A stretch of DNA of 64,000 bases. Source: Candidatus Latescibacterota bacterium. Its GTDB lineage: Bacteria > Latescibacterota > UBA2968 > UBA8231. The DNA is taken from positions 448,001 through 512,000 of the forward strand of contig OZ241889.1 of NCBI GenBank assembly GCA_965203355.1. The letters are read 5' to 3'. Numbering within the stretch: the first letter of the stretch is position 1; each line of letters starts with the position of its first letter. The translations under genes were made by a program, and so were the position numbers. Under the pieces are notes generated by a model. That model made no database searches and was not told the DNA's origin. It worked only from the letters and a program-made list of their open reading frames with translations. Positions 31,127-40,650 of this stretch are shown one piece after another.

Positions 31127-32239
31127 TTACAGCGCGGCCAGCGCATCTTCTAGCTCCCCTCGTACTTCCGCATCTTCTTCTATTCCCAAGCGCCGTTTGA
31201 GTGCTTCTTTTGCCTCATCGCCCCCGAGTTGCCCCAGCGCCCAAGCCACGTGCCCGCGCACTAGCGGCTCTTCGTCGTCGAGTGCGCTGATCAGAGCCGG
31301 TACAGCGGCCTGCATCCCCGAATTGCCCAAAGCCACGGCGACATTGCGCAAAAAGCCACGGCGCTTAGGACGCTTGACTGGGTTGTGGCGGAACCGTGCG
31401 TTGAAGGCTTCGCGGTCGAGTTGGATCAGGTCGAGGAGCGTCGGGTCGCCGAGACCGGCGCGGCTCTGGTACGCCGGCTCAGCCGCCGGCGCGGCCCTGC
31501 GGTTCCACGGGCACACCTCTTGACAGATGTCGCAACCAAAGATCCACAGGCCCATGTCTTGGCGCAGGTCGCGGGGAATGGCCCCCTTGAGTTCGATATT
31601 GAGATAGGAGATACAGCGCCGAGCATCGAGCACGTACGGCTCGGGGAAGGCGTCGGTCGGGCAGGCGTCCAAGCAACGCGTACAGGTGCCGCAGTGGTCC
31701 GGGGCGGGTTCGTCGTAGTCGAGCGCGAGGTCGGTGATGATCTCGGCCAAAAAGAAATAGGAGCCGCGCCGCTTGTCGATCAGACAGGTGTTCTTACCCC
31801 ACCACCCCAAGCCCGCCCGCTGGGCAAGTTCGCGCTCTAGAACTGGGGCCGTATCGACAAAATAGCGGCCTTTGGTCTGCTCCCCGGCCTCGGCCAGCAC
31901 GAATTCCCACAGGGCGGCTAAGCGCTTTTTGACAAGGGCGTGGTAGTCGTCGCCGCGGGCGTAACAAGCAATCCGGCCGCGCAGGGGATCGGATGTCGCA
32001 GGCGTGGGCTGGTAGTAATCCATGCCGAGGCAGATGGCGGTTTGGGCACCGGGAACCATCCGGCGTGGGTCTTCGCGCTTGTCGAGGTGGCGTTTGAGGT
32101 AGTCCATTTGGCCGGCGTAGCCCAAGGCTACCCAGCGGGCGTAAAACTCGGCCCCTTCTAACGGACCGGCCGGCGCGAAACCGACCGCGGTAAAGCCCAG
32201 GGCGCGGGCCTTGCGGCGAATTTGTTCGGTCAGCGACAT
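31127..32239 (-). CDS. queG: Epoxyqueuosine reductase
   Basis: YARGDDYH, VDTAPVLER, GKN, CGTCTRCLDACPT, RRCISY, GCDICQEVCPWN, C-terminal HEAT repeats. Confidence 0.95.
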   Translation of the reverse strand: MSLTEQIRRKARALGFTAVGFAPAGPLEGAEFYARWVALGYAGQMDYLKRHLDKREDPRRMVPGAQTAICLGMDYYQPTPATSDPLRGRIACYARGDDYHALVKKRLAALWEFVLAEAGEQTKGRYFVDTAPVLERELAQRAGLGWWGKNTCLIDKRRGSYFFLAEIITDLALDYDEPAPDHCGTCTRCLDACPTDAFPEPYVLDARRCISYLNIELKGAIPRDLRQDMGLWIFGCDICQEVCPWNRRAAPAAEPAYQSRAGLGDPTLLDLIQLDREAFNARFRHNPVKRPKRRGFLRNVAVALGNSGMQAAVPALISALDDEEPLVRGHVAWALGQLGGDEAKEALKRRLGIEEDAEVRGELEDALAAL

Positions 32240-32260
32240 GCCGGGCGGCACAGGCAGCGA

Positions 32261-33570
32261 CTAGAACATTTCCGCGATGTGGCGAAAGACCATCTGATTG
32301 AGATCGTTGAACGTGACCAGCACCATGATCAACAGCATGATGGCCAAGCCGATCTGCTGAAAAATCGCGCGCTGGCGCAGCGAAAGCGGCCGGCGCATAA
32401 TGGCCTCTAGCGCGAGGAAGGTCAGGTGGCCGCCGTCGAGCACGGGGATGGGCAGGAGGTTGATAATCGCCAAATTGACGCTGAGTATGGCGAGGAAATT
32501 GACGAAGGCATGCAAGCCCTGCTCGGCAGTCTGGCCGGCTAGCTGGGCGATGCGCAACGGCCCCCCCAATTCGTCGGTCGAGCGGTCGCCTTGGAAAAGC
32601 TCGCCCAAGAAGTCGAGGATCAGCCAAGAGGAATTGTACACGCCCAGCCCCCCCAACACCACCGCACGTCCCAACCCGACGATGTGGCGCGTCGCCTGCG
32701 GGCCGATGCCAATGCGACCCACGGACGCGTCGCCCTCAGCGCGGGCCGCCGGGGTGATTAACTGCTCCATGCGCTGGCCATCGCGCTCCCAAACCAACGG
32801 AATGGCCTCGCCCGGATAGCGGCGGATCTCCTCGCTCATTTCGGCCCAACTCACCACCGGCACTTGGCCGACGGAGAGAACGATGTCGCCCACTTGCAGG
32901 CCGAGGCTGTCGGCTGGCATCCCGGGCTCAACGTACCCCACCGTGGTGGGGCGCATTAGCTGTACGCCGTAGCCCTCGTCTCCCACGGGCGGCAGGTCAA
33001 AGTCCAAGAGGATCCATCGCGCTCGATTTCGAGCCTAGTGCCGCTGCTTGCGCTCTCGTCTAAAGCGCTGGCCAATTCGTAGGCATTGCCGACGGGCGTA
33101 CCTCCGACGGTGCGCACGCGGTCGCCGCGCACCAGACCGACCTCGGCGGCCAGGGAATTCTCCTGGGGATTGACGCGCGTGCTATCGAAGGAGTCGATTC
33201 CATAAACGCTGAAGAGGAAGATCAGAGCCACGAAGGCGAAGAGGAAGTTCATCGCCGGACCAGCGGCAATGACCGCCATGCGAATTCCCACCGATCTAGC
33301 GGGAAATTCCCAATGCGCGCCGGTGGTTTCCTCCGTGCCCACGTCGGCCATGCCAGCCACCTTGACGTAACCGCCAAAGGGAATCCAAGAGATGCAGTAC
33401 TCGGTTTCGCCGCGAGTAAAGCCGATCATCTTGGGCGGGTAGCCCAACGAGAAGCGCTCGACGCGGATGCCCGCCCATTTGGCGACCATAAAGTGGCCCA
33501 ACTCGTGGACGAAAACCAAGACGCCTAAGGCGATGAGAAACGAGGCAATAGTAGTAAGGGTATCCAGCAT
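32261..33570 (-). CDS. rseP: RIP metalloprotease RseP, split by a 1-bp frameshift near 33010
   Basis: HELGH and AGPAMN in ORF 32956-33570; PDZ domain and NLLPIPVLDGG in ORF 32261-33007; standard position after cdsA. Confidence 0.9.
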
Positions 33571-33583
33571 ACTCTAATCCATC

Positions 33584-34420
33584 TCAAGAAAAAACGGCCA
33601 GCACATCCACGTAGAGATACGCCAGCGGAAAGGCTAAAAAGTAGGAATCAAAACGGTCGAGTAGGCCGCCGTGGCCTGGGATTAGCCTTGGCGCGTCCTT
33701 GATGCCCATGTCGCGCTTAAAGGCCGATTCCACCAAGTCGCCCACTTGCGCGCCCAGGCCCGCGACGAACAAAAGCCCCAGCAGCGACGCCGTAGAAAAG
33801 GAAGGCAGCAAAAAGCCCAAGGGCAGGGGCAGTGCGCTGCCGATTACGCCGCCGATGCTCCCGACCCTCGTCTTATTAGGGCTGATCGCCGGTGCTAGCT
33901 TGGCCCGGCCCCAAAACCGACCGCTGAAGTACGCCCCGGAATCTGTGAGCCAAATGCAGAGAAAGAGCACGGCTACCAAATGGTGAGCCTCCGCACCCCT
34001 ACCAGCCGCCTGAAAAAGCAGCAGCGGCGCACTGCCCAAGACGCCAAAGAAGAACACACCGCCCAACGTCAAAAAGACATTGGCCGCATAGTGCTCCGTG
34101 CCTTGGAACAAAGCCCACACCACAACCAGCAAGAGAGCCGCCATCAGCAACGCGGCGAGGTCGTCGCTCGCGCCCTGCCGCCAGAAGTAGAAGTAGCTGC
34201 ACAGCCCTAAGACCAACAAGCTGCCCAGCAGGCGGATGGTGCGGTAGCCCGCTTCGGCTAGGATGTGGTAATATTCCCACGAGCAGCGCACGGCCACCGC
34301 CAGTACCAAGAGGAAGATTCCCCAGCTAGCCCCTTCGACCAGCAGGAGGATCATCGGCACGAATACGACCGCCGCGAGGACGCGCAGCCGCAGACCAGAG
34401 AACGCTGGGTTAACTGCCAA
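33584..34420 (-). CDS. cdsA: Phosphatidate cytidylyltransferase
   Basis: DSGAYFSG, ISPNKT, GDLVESAFKR..GIKD, IPGHGGLLDRFDS. TTG start overlaps the uppS end. Confidence 0.93.
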   Translation of the reverse strand: MAVNPAFSGLRLRVLAAVVFVPMILLLVEGASWGIFLLVLAVAVRCSWEYYHILAEAGYRTIRLLGSLLVLGLCSYFYFWRQGASDDLAALLMAALLLVVVWALFQGTEHYAANVFLTLGGVFFFGVLGSAPLLLFQAAGRGAEAHHLVAVLFLCIWLTDSGAYFSGRFWGRAKLAPAISPNKTRVGSIGGVIGSALPLPLGFLLPSFSTASLLGLLFVAGLGAQVGDLVESAFKRDMGIKDAPRLIPGHGGLLDRFDSYFLAFPLAYLYVDVLAVFS

Positions 34421-35216
34421 AGCGCCTCTGTCGCTGTTGATAGGCGGCAATGGCTTCGTAGAGATGCTGGCGGCGAAAGTCCGGCCAATGTACGTCGCCG
34501 ACAAAGCAAATCTCGGTGTAGACCATCTGCCAAGGGAGGAAATTGCTCAGCCGCATTTCGCCGCTGGTGCGGATCAACAGGTCTGGGTCGGGCAAGTCGG
34601 CGGTATAAAGGGCCCCGCTGATTTGTTCCTCGCCGATGTCTGCTGGGGCGAGCCGACCCGCCGCTACTTCGGTAGCCAGCTTGCGGAAGGCATCGACCAA
34701 CTCGCTGCGGCCCCCGTAGTTGAGTGCCAAGTTGAGCTTGAGGCCGGTGTTGTCTTTGGTCTGCGCGAGGGCGTGGTCTAAGGCCAACTGTATGATCGGA
34801 GACAACGCGTCAGTGCGGCCGATGGCGTTGAGCGATACGTTGTTTTCGCGGAGTTCCGACACTTCGTCGCGCAGCGACTCGTGTAGCCACTGCATCAACT
34901 CTTCTACTTCCGCTTCGGGTCGGGACCAGTTCTCCGTTGAGAAGGTGTATAGAGTCAACGCCTCGACTTGCAGTTGGCTACAGGCGCGGACAATGTCGCG
35001 CACTGACTCGCGGCCAAAGCGATGGCCCTCGGTTTTGGGCAGCTTGCGCTCGACAGCCCAGCGCCTGTCGCCATCCATTATAATGGCGATGTGTTGCGGC
35101 AGGTTTCCTTCGTCCTTGAGGCGCTGCTGGATGCGGAAATCCTCTTCGGGATGGAGGGGTTTTACCGGGTGGTATTCGCGGGGAGAAATTTCCAGCGGCA
35201 GAGCCTGAGCACTCAT
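34410..35216 (-). CDS. uppS: Undecaprenyl diphosphate synthase
   Basis: HIAIIMDG.RRW, YTFSTENWSRP, ALNYGGR, PDLLIRTSGEMRLSNFL, WPDF, RRFG. Confidence 0.95.
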   Translation of the reverse strand: MSAQALPLEISPREYHPVKPLHPEEDFRIQQRLKDEGNLPQHIAIIMDGDRRWAVERKLPKTEGHRFGRESVRDIVRACSQLQVEALTLYTFSTENWSRPEAEVEELMQWLHESLRDEVSELRENNVSLNAIGRTDALSPIIQLALDHALAQTKDNTGLKLNLALNYGGRSELVDAFRKLATEVAAGRLAPADIGEEQISGALYTADLPDPDLLIRTSGEMRLSNFLPWQMVYTEICFVGDVHWPDFRRQHLYEAIAAYQQRQRRFGS

Positions 35217-35318
35217 AACGGATGATTGGGTGGGGTTTCTGTGGCGGCCATCCTCGGCCCTGTCATAGATTTGGGCGCGTTCTGCCTTAAAAAAACAAGG
35301 CCGCGCCCATCTTGGTTA

Positions 35319-35347
35319 ATCTTAGGGGAAAGGCTCATATTCGTCAA
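35319..35347 (-). promoter_or_regulatory. Putative sigma70 promoter of uppS-cdsA-rseP-queG
   Basis: Minus strand TTGACG-N17-TAAGAT about 100 bp upstream of the uppS ATG. Confidence 0.6.
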
Positions 35348-35369
35348 GCAATCGATAGTGGTACGTTTT

Positions 35370-35486
35370 GAAATTTAGCGTTACTCCCGTTGAACGGGTT
35401 GCTCTCGCTCGGCCTGAACCCCGGCGACCCAAGCCCGACCTCAACCGGACCGCGACAATTGGAGATTTCAAAACGCATCACGACCG
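35370..35486. repeat. Diverged direct repeat, copy A (paired with 40491-40588)
   Basis: Shared TTTAGC.TTACTCCCGTTG and an identical 26-bp core CAACCGGACCGCGACAATTGGAGATT. Confidence 0.85.
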
Positions 35487-35545
35487 AATGATTTGGTCTA
35501 ATCCCGCTTTGGCAGTGCAGGGTAGGTGCCGACATGGACAATAGA

Positions 35546-35578
35546 AATGGGACCTCAGAAAACTGAGGTCCCATTTTC
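35546..35578. terminator. Intrinsic terminator of the large surface-protein gene
   Basis: AAATGGGACCTCAG-AAAA-CTGAGGTCCCATTT perfect 14-bp stem just downstream of the stop. Confidence 0.85.
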
Positions 35579-35600
35579 GTGATTCGCGGTGTCGCGTGTG

Positions 35601-38600
35601 CTACTTGAGCAGCAGCATCTTCTTGATGTCGAGGAAGTCACCGCCCGCCTGCAAGCGGTAGAAGTACATCCCCGACGATACGCTCTGGCCGCTATCGTTG
35701 GTCGCGTCCCACTCCACCGCATAACGACCGGCACTCTGATGCTCGGCAACCAGCGTCCGCACCGGCTGACCCAATACGTTATATACGGTCAGCCCCACGT
35801 CCGCCGCCTGCGGCAACGCATACTGAATCGTCGTCTGCGGATTGAACGGATTCGGATAGTTGGCCGCCAGCGAAAACACGGCCGGGCGCGTCTGCACCGA
35901 AACCGGCGCGGGCAATGCCAGCCGGTTGAAGCCCAACGCCTGGTCCCAGGTCCGGTTGTCGGTGATTTCGAGGGTCGTATGCTCGATCTCGGTCGTCGGC
36001 CGGAAGACTAAGCGCAGCATCAGTTCACCGTCCGAAACGACATCGCCGTGCGTGGCTACCGTCAACACGCCCGCTTCGGCCAGCACCTGCGGCGTAGCGA
36101 ATGCGCTCCCGCCCAGCGGCTGATCGGTCTGCGCCTCGACGAAGGTTAGCTGGTCGGCGTCATACGCTATCTGCAAGCCGTAGCCTTTGACCGCTACGAA
36201 GTCGGCCAGTCGCACATCGACGACGAACTCCTCTCCCACGCTCGGCAGGGCTGTCGGCGCATCCAGATACAGCCGCGCCGCCGCATTTAGCCCGGCCTGC
36301 AACGGCACCGGCTTGCCGGCCCCGCTGTTGAACCGATCGAACAACGCGCTCAAGTCGCCAAAGTCCAGCATCGCGTTGATGGTAATCGCGAACATCAGCG
36401 AGACGCTTTCTTCGCCAGCCATGGCCGTGTAGGTGACTTCAACGGCCCCATCAGTCGCCGCTTCCGGCGTCCCGGAGATCGTCCGGGTCGCCGGGTCAAA
36501 CGACAGCCCGGCCGGCAGCCCCGATACGCTATACGTGATGGTGCCTTCGCCGCCCAGCGCCATCGGCAGCACCAACGGCGTAATCGCCGTGCCCGCCGTA
36601 TAGTTCTGGTTGGGAATTGAAGCACCATCAACAAACGCCAAGGCGATCATCATATCCTCATCGCCGTCATTATCGTCCATCATGCCGCGGTCCATGTCGG
36701 TCAGCACCAGCGTCGCCGAACCCGCCATCAAGCCGGGCAGCATCGCGTTGAGGATGATCGTCTCGTCGCCTTCGGCCAGGCCGTCCGAGACTGGATCGAT
36801 CAACAGGCGCGTCGAACCCATAATCGAACCGGCGGCAATGGTAATGGTCGGATTGAACAGCGCCGAGTAGTCCGTGTCGCGGGTGGCACTGCTCGCAGCC
36901 GCATCAATCGAAACGGAGACCGTCGCGTTCTCGGCCAACGGCTTGCCGTCTAGCGCGGCCATGACCATTACTTCCGTCAATTCGGCTGACTCGCTGATCG
37001 CGCTCGGCGTCACCGACAGCACCAAAGACGTGCTGGGCGTTTCGTCGTCGGAAATGCGGATGTCCACCTGCGCCCAGCCGCCCGAAGCCGCCGCTCGCAC
37101 CCCCAAGTGCTTATGACCGGCCGCTGAAGCATTGTCAATCGGCGACAGGAAAAGCGTCGTCGAACCCATCGTCTCGCCAGCCGCAATCGTGATCGTCCCC
37201 GCTAATGTCGCGGTGTAATCCACGTCGCGGGTGGCCATCGCGCCGCTGGCCGGCGGCACAATCGTGAAACGGACCGTCTCAGCCGCCGGAGCCGCGCCCG
37301 ACAAGGTCGCCGTAACTCGGATTTCAGCCGTCTCGCCGTTTTCGCGCACGGCCGATTGCGAAGCCATCACGCTGGCGACGCCAATCGTAACCGGCGCGGC
37401 GTCAGCAACCGTGATGGTGAAAGTCCGCACCCCGCCATCGCCGTCGGCATCAATCGCCGTATAGACGACCGAGGCCATGCCCGCCAGCGTCGGTGTGCCC
37501 GAAAGCGTCCGGGTCGCCGCGTCAAACGACAGCCCCAGCGGCAGGTTCGACGAAACGCTGTACATCAGCGTTCCTTGGCCGCCCGTGGCCGCGGGCAACA
37601 CCGCGCTAAACGCTTGCCCCACCGTCGCTTCAAAGGCTAACGCGGCCGTGCCGAAACTCGGCCATCTCGTGTCCGCGGGCGTCTCGGAAGAATCATCCAT
37701 CATCGCCGCGTCTTTCAGCTTGATCGCCACGGGGCCGACCGTGATCTTGTCGTCGTCTTGGTTCTTGAGGTCGTCCTTGAGTGGCTTCAGTGTGATCGTC
37801 TCGTCGTTGTCGGCTTTGCCGTCGTTGACCGGCGTGATCGTGATCGTCGTCGAGCCGGTGATCTCGCCGCGTGGAATCGTCAGCGAGCGAAGCACCGCCG
37901 TATAATCCACATCCCGCGTCGCCGAACCGGACGCATCCTCATCCAAGACCAACGAGATCGTCGCATTCGCGTCGAGCACCTTGCCGTCTAACGTGCCCGT
38001 AACCGTGACCGTCGTCTCACCCGCGTCCTCTTTGATTTCGCTCGGATTGACCGACAGCGTGATGTTTTCGCTCAGCGTCTCATCGTCCGTGATCGTGAAC
38101 GTCTGCTCGTTCATCTGAGACTCTTCGGTTCCGACTTTCGCTGTCACCGTGAACGTCCGCGCATTATTCGCACCGCTGTTGTCCACCGGCGTGACCCGCA
38201 GCATGGCCGTGCCCTTGGTATCGCCGGTCGGGATCGTCAGCCCCTCAATGACCTCCACCTCATAATGCACATCGCGCGTCCCCTGACCCGCCGTAATCTG
38301 AAAGTCCACTGCCTTAGAGCCGGTTAAAGCCGTCTCCAACTCAACGGTCATCGTAACATCCGTCACCCCGGCGGCTTCGCGGATCGTCTTCGGACTCAGC
38401 GTAAAGTTCTTGAGCGTCGCAACCGCAACGTCCTCAACCGTGATGGTGCCGGGCTTGACCACAATAGGAATGACAAAAGAGTCCAAACGCTTGATAACTG
38501 TCCCATTGGGTATCTCTGTCCCATGGTTGCCACTTGTACTTGTACGGCCTGGAGTGATTCGCCCATCGCCGTTAAAGTCAATACGGAGCTCGAAAGCTTT

Positions 38601-39905
38601 CTGCGTTCGTTGGCTGGCTGTGAGAAGCGTGTCACCTACTCCATCAAGTAAGTATGGACCTGTTTCCGATAGCACTTTTCCGTCGGGCACCACATAGGTA
38701 TCCAACAGATCGTCATCCTTGAAAAAGTCGATCCCCAAGTCTTTTTCTACTAAAACGGTCCCCGCTGGGAGTTTGTCGGAGGCGGCATAGTTAAATGGCT
38801 CGCTATCCAAATTGACCCCAAAAAGCCCCGTGCTACTAGTAGGGCCTGTTCCAATATCCCCATCGCCGTTGAAGTCCACGCCGATGCCCATTAAACCGTT
38901 GCGATTAACGATTTCAGCAAACTGGACGTTGTCTTTTGTCGAATGCACATAATTATCTCCATTTATGGTCCCTTCCGTCCTTATGTCGAACCGGACCTGC
39001 TTACCCGCGCTATTGATCCGTTTCTTGACCTCCACCATTATCGTATCGGCATTGAGCTCGATCGTGCCCGACTTATTATCCGGATCGAGGGTGAACGTAG
39101 TCGTCGCGTCGATCTTCTTCTTCGGAATGGTCAGAGAACCCAACCCCCTAAGCGAGTAATCCACATCGCGCGTCAAGAAGCCACTGCCAGAAGAAACAAC
39201 CAACTGGGATTTAAGGTCTTGGGCCTTCAACGCGCCGCCCTCCAACATCGCCGTCACTTCAATCGGAGTCGCATCCGCCTGCTTGCTGAGCTTGGCCGGC
39301 GAAAAAGAGAGGTCGATATTGGGGACGAACACATCGTCGTCAATCAGATCAATATAGAAGACGCCAGTAACATTAGTAAGCTTCTCCTTATAGGACTTGG
39401 CGGTTTTGCCTTTCTCGAAGATGTCGCCAGTAGAACCCCCTACGTCAATCACGATAGGAAGATTAACCCGCATTTTAACCTTACCCGTATCGACCGCCGT
39501 ACCCGCCGTTATGGTCAGGGTATCAACATCCGCCGAAGCGTTGGCCTTGTTAATTCCGATCCGATTATTGTTGATCGGAGTTATGGTGATCGTCCCGGTC
39601 GCCTTGCGCTCGCCCTTCTTAATCACCAAAGAGGGTAACGATATTCTGAACAAATCGTTGAGATAGCGGGCCGTGATACCGACAAGACGCAGCGGAAGCT
39701 GAAGATCGGCCTTCGCCTTCGCGTCAGCGTCGCGTAATTCGGCTGTCACCATAATATCTTGCGCCCCTCCATCCTCGCGGACGGAACGCCGATCAACGGA
39801 TATGTCGATATTCTCGCTCTGAGCCACAGCCTCGCCGGCCCAGCCCAACACCAAACTGGCAACCAGCAAAAAAGGAAAGGTAAAAAGCCGCGTGTGCGTA
39901 CTCAT
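35601..39905 (-). CDS. Large secreted surface protein: Calx-beta-like repeats, two putative Ig (He_PIG-like) domains, cohesin-like domain and FlgD-Ig/T9SS-type C-terminal domain
   Basis: Signal peptide; repeated (A)TRDVDY...TI..G......L.P.ND modules; LP.GLSFD.ATRT.SGTP twice; DFNGDG motifs; NYPNPFNP...YNVLGQ...SSGMYFYRL...KKMLLLK. AAGGAG RBS. Confidence 0.9.
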   Translation of the reverse strand: MSTHTRLFTFPFLLVASLVLGWAGEAVAQSENIDISVDRRSVREDGGAQDIMVTAELRDADAKAKADLQLPLRLVGITARYLNDLFRISLPSLVIKKGERKATGTITITPINNNRIGINKANASADVDTLTITAGTAVDTGKVKMRVNLPIVIDVGGSTGDIFEKGKTAKSYKEKLTNVTGVFYIDLIDDDVFVPNIDLSFSPAKLSKQADATPIEVTAMLEGGALKAQDLKSQLVVSSGSGFLTRDVDYSLRGLGSLTIPKKKIDATTTFTLDPDNKSGTIELNADTIMVEVKKRINSAGKQVRFDIRTEGTINGDNYVHSTKDNVQFAEIVNRNGLMGIGVDFNGDGDIGTGPTSSTGLFGVNLDSEPFNYAASDKLPAGTVLVEKDLGIDFFKDDDLLDTYVVPDGKVLSETGPYLLDGVGDTLLTASQRTQKAFELRIDFNGDGRITPGRTSTSGNHGTEIPNGTVIKRLDSFVIPIVVKPGTITVEDVAVATLKNFTLSPKTIREAAGVTDVTMTVELETALTGSKAVDFQITAGQGTRDVHYEVEVIEGLTIPTGDTKGTAMLRVTPVDNSGANNARTFTVTAKVGTEESQMNEQTFTITDDETLSENITLSVNPSEIKEDAGETTVTVTGTLDGKVLDANATISLVLDEDASGSATRDVDYTAVLRSLTIPRGEITGSTTITITPVNDGKADNDETITLKPLKDDLKNQDDDKITVGPVAIKLKDAAMMDDSSETPADTRWPSFGTAALAFEATVGQAFSAVLPAATGGQGTLMYSVSSNLPLGLSFDAATRTLSGTPTLAGMASVVYTAIDADGDGGVRTFTITVADAAPVTIGVASVMASQSAVRENGETAEIRVTATLSGAAPAAETVRFTIVPPASGAMATRDVDYTATLAGTITIAAGETMGSTTLFLSPIDNASAAGHKHLGVRAAASGGWAQVDIRISDDETPSTSLVLSVTPSAISESAELTEVMVMAALDGKPLAENATVSVSIDAAASSATRDTDYSALFNPTITIAAGSIMGSTRLLIDPVSDGLAEGDETIILNAMLPGLMAGSATLVLTDMDRGMMDDNDGDEDMMIALAFVDGASIPNQNYTAGTAITPLVLPMALGGEGTITYSVSGLPAGLSFDPATRTISGTPEAATDGAVEVTYTAMAGEESVSLMFAITINAMLDFGDLSALFDRFNSGAGKPVPLQAGLNAAARLYLDAPTALPSVGEEFVVDVRLADFVAVKGYGLQIAYDADQLTFVEAQTDQPLGGSAFATPQVLAEAGVLTVATHGDVVSDGELMLRLVFRPTTEIEHTTLEITDNRTWDQALGFNRLALPAPVSVQTRPAVFSLAANYPNPFNPQTTIQYALPQAADVGLTVYNVLGQPVRTLVAEHQSAGRYAVEWDATNDSGQSVSSGMYFYRLQAGGDFLDIKKMLLLK

Positions 39906-40101
39906 GATCTCACTCCTTTAGAAAAGGGAAAAGTGACAGAAGAAAATGGACTTAGCCTTATCACTAAGCCGCTGCGTTCTTGCGTTTTTGCTACCGTTGA
40001 GAAAGACGAATCCCTCGCGGCGAGCGCTCGGGCTACGACGTCGCCGACCGATAACCGCGAGGCTACCGAGGATGGGTTTCGTTTGTGATGTGGATGGGTG
40101 G

Positions 40102-40124
40102 CCACTGACCACTGACCACTGACC
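40102..40124. repeat. Heptamer tandem repeat (CCACTGA)x3
   Basis: Read directly from the sequence; related to the heptamers at 61274-61301. Confidence 0.75.
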
Positions 40125-40240
40125 GGTGGAGCTTACCGACGCGGCCGGACAGAATAATGCCGTTTCCCGCTTCCGTAGAGGAAGGGGAGCGAGGCAAATA
40201 GGTTGGTGAGTGAAGCTAGGGCTTAATGCCCAAGAAATTC

Positions 40241-40285
40241 GGGGAGGGGGGGGGGGGGGGTAAGTCATTGTTTTTTAACGACTTA
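40241..40285. promoter_or_regulatory. G4-A-G15 homopolymer next to a palindrome with an IHF-like site
   Basis: G15 at 40246-40260 followed by TAAGTC-N13-GACTTA. TAAGTCATTGTTT is one mismatch from the IHF consensus TAANNNNTTGATW. Confidence 0.5.
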
Positions 40286-40457
40286 TGGAGATTAAGTCTC
40301 GGCGTTATCGCAAACGTAGAACAAGGCACCGCTTCCGGCGATGGCGTTCTTTGTGCTATTGACGTTGTGCCCATGTCCTGTTAATCCGACTAAGAATGCC
40401 GCAAACGGCGGGGGTTTTATACCCAAACGCAACGCGCCGCTGTGAATTGCAACGTAT

Positions 40458-40487
40458 ATTTTACGAATTTCAGCAAAGGTTTGTCAA
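40458..40487 (-). promoter_or_regulatory. Putative sigma70 promoter of the surface-protein gene
   Basis: Minus strand TTGACA-N18-TAAAAT. Confidence 0.55.
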
Positions 40488-40490
40488 GCG

Positions 40491-40588
40491 GAAGTTTAGC
40501 TTTACTCCCGTTGGATCGCCCCGGCTCAACCCCAAACCCGACCGCAACCGGACCGCGACAATTGGAGATTGCAAAATGTACCACGACC
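40491..40588. repeat. Diverged direct repeat, copy B (paired with 35370-35486)
   Basis: Same orientation and shared blocks as copy A. Confidence 0.85.
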
Positions 40589-40614
40589 AAGCAATCCCTA
40601 GGTGCCACACGCGC

Positions 40615-40643
40615 TTGACGCCCTTTTTGGGTGCCGATATTAT
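40615..40643 (+). promoter_or_regulatory. Putative sigma70 promoter giving a leaderless mRNA
   Basis: TTGACG-N17-TATTAT ends 7 nt before ATG 40651; no SD sequence upstream of that ATG. Confidence 0.6.
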
Positions 40644-40650
40644 GGTACTC

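Noticed and set aside
33570-33584. Missing dxr between cdsA and rseP as evidence for loss of the MEP pathway
   Set aside because: The position of dxr varies between phyla and cannot be judged from one window.
40290-40620. 6S RNA upstream of ygfA
   Set aside because: The position is suggestive, but I could not see a long self-complementary rod, and the region is explained by divergent promoters and repeat copy B. An Rfam search would settle it.
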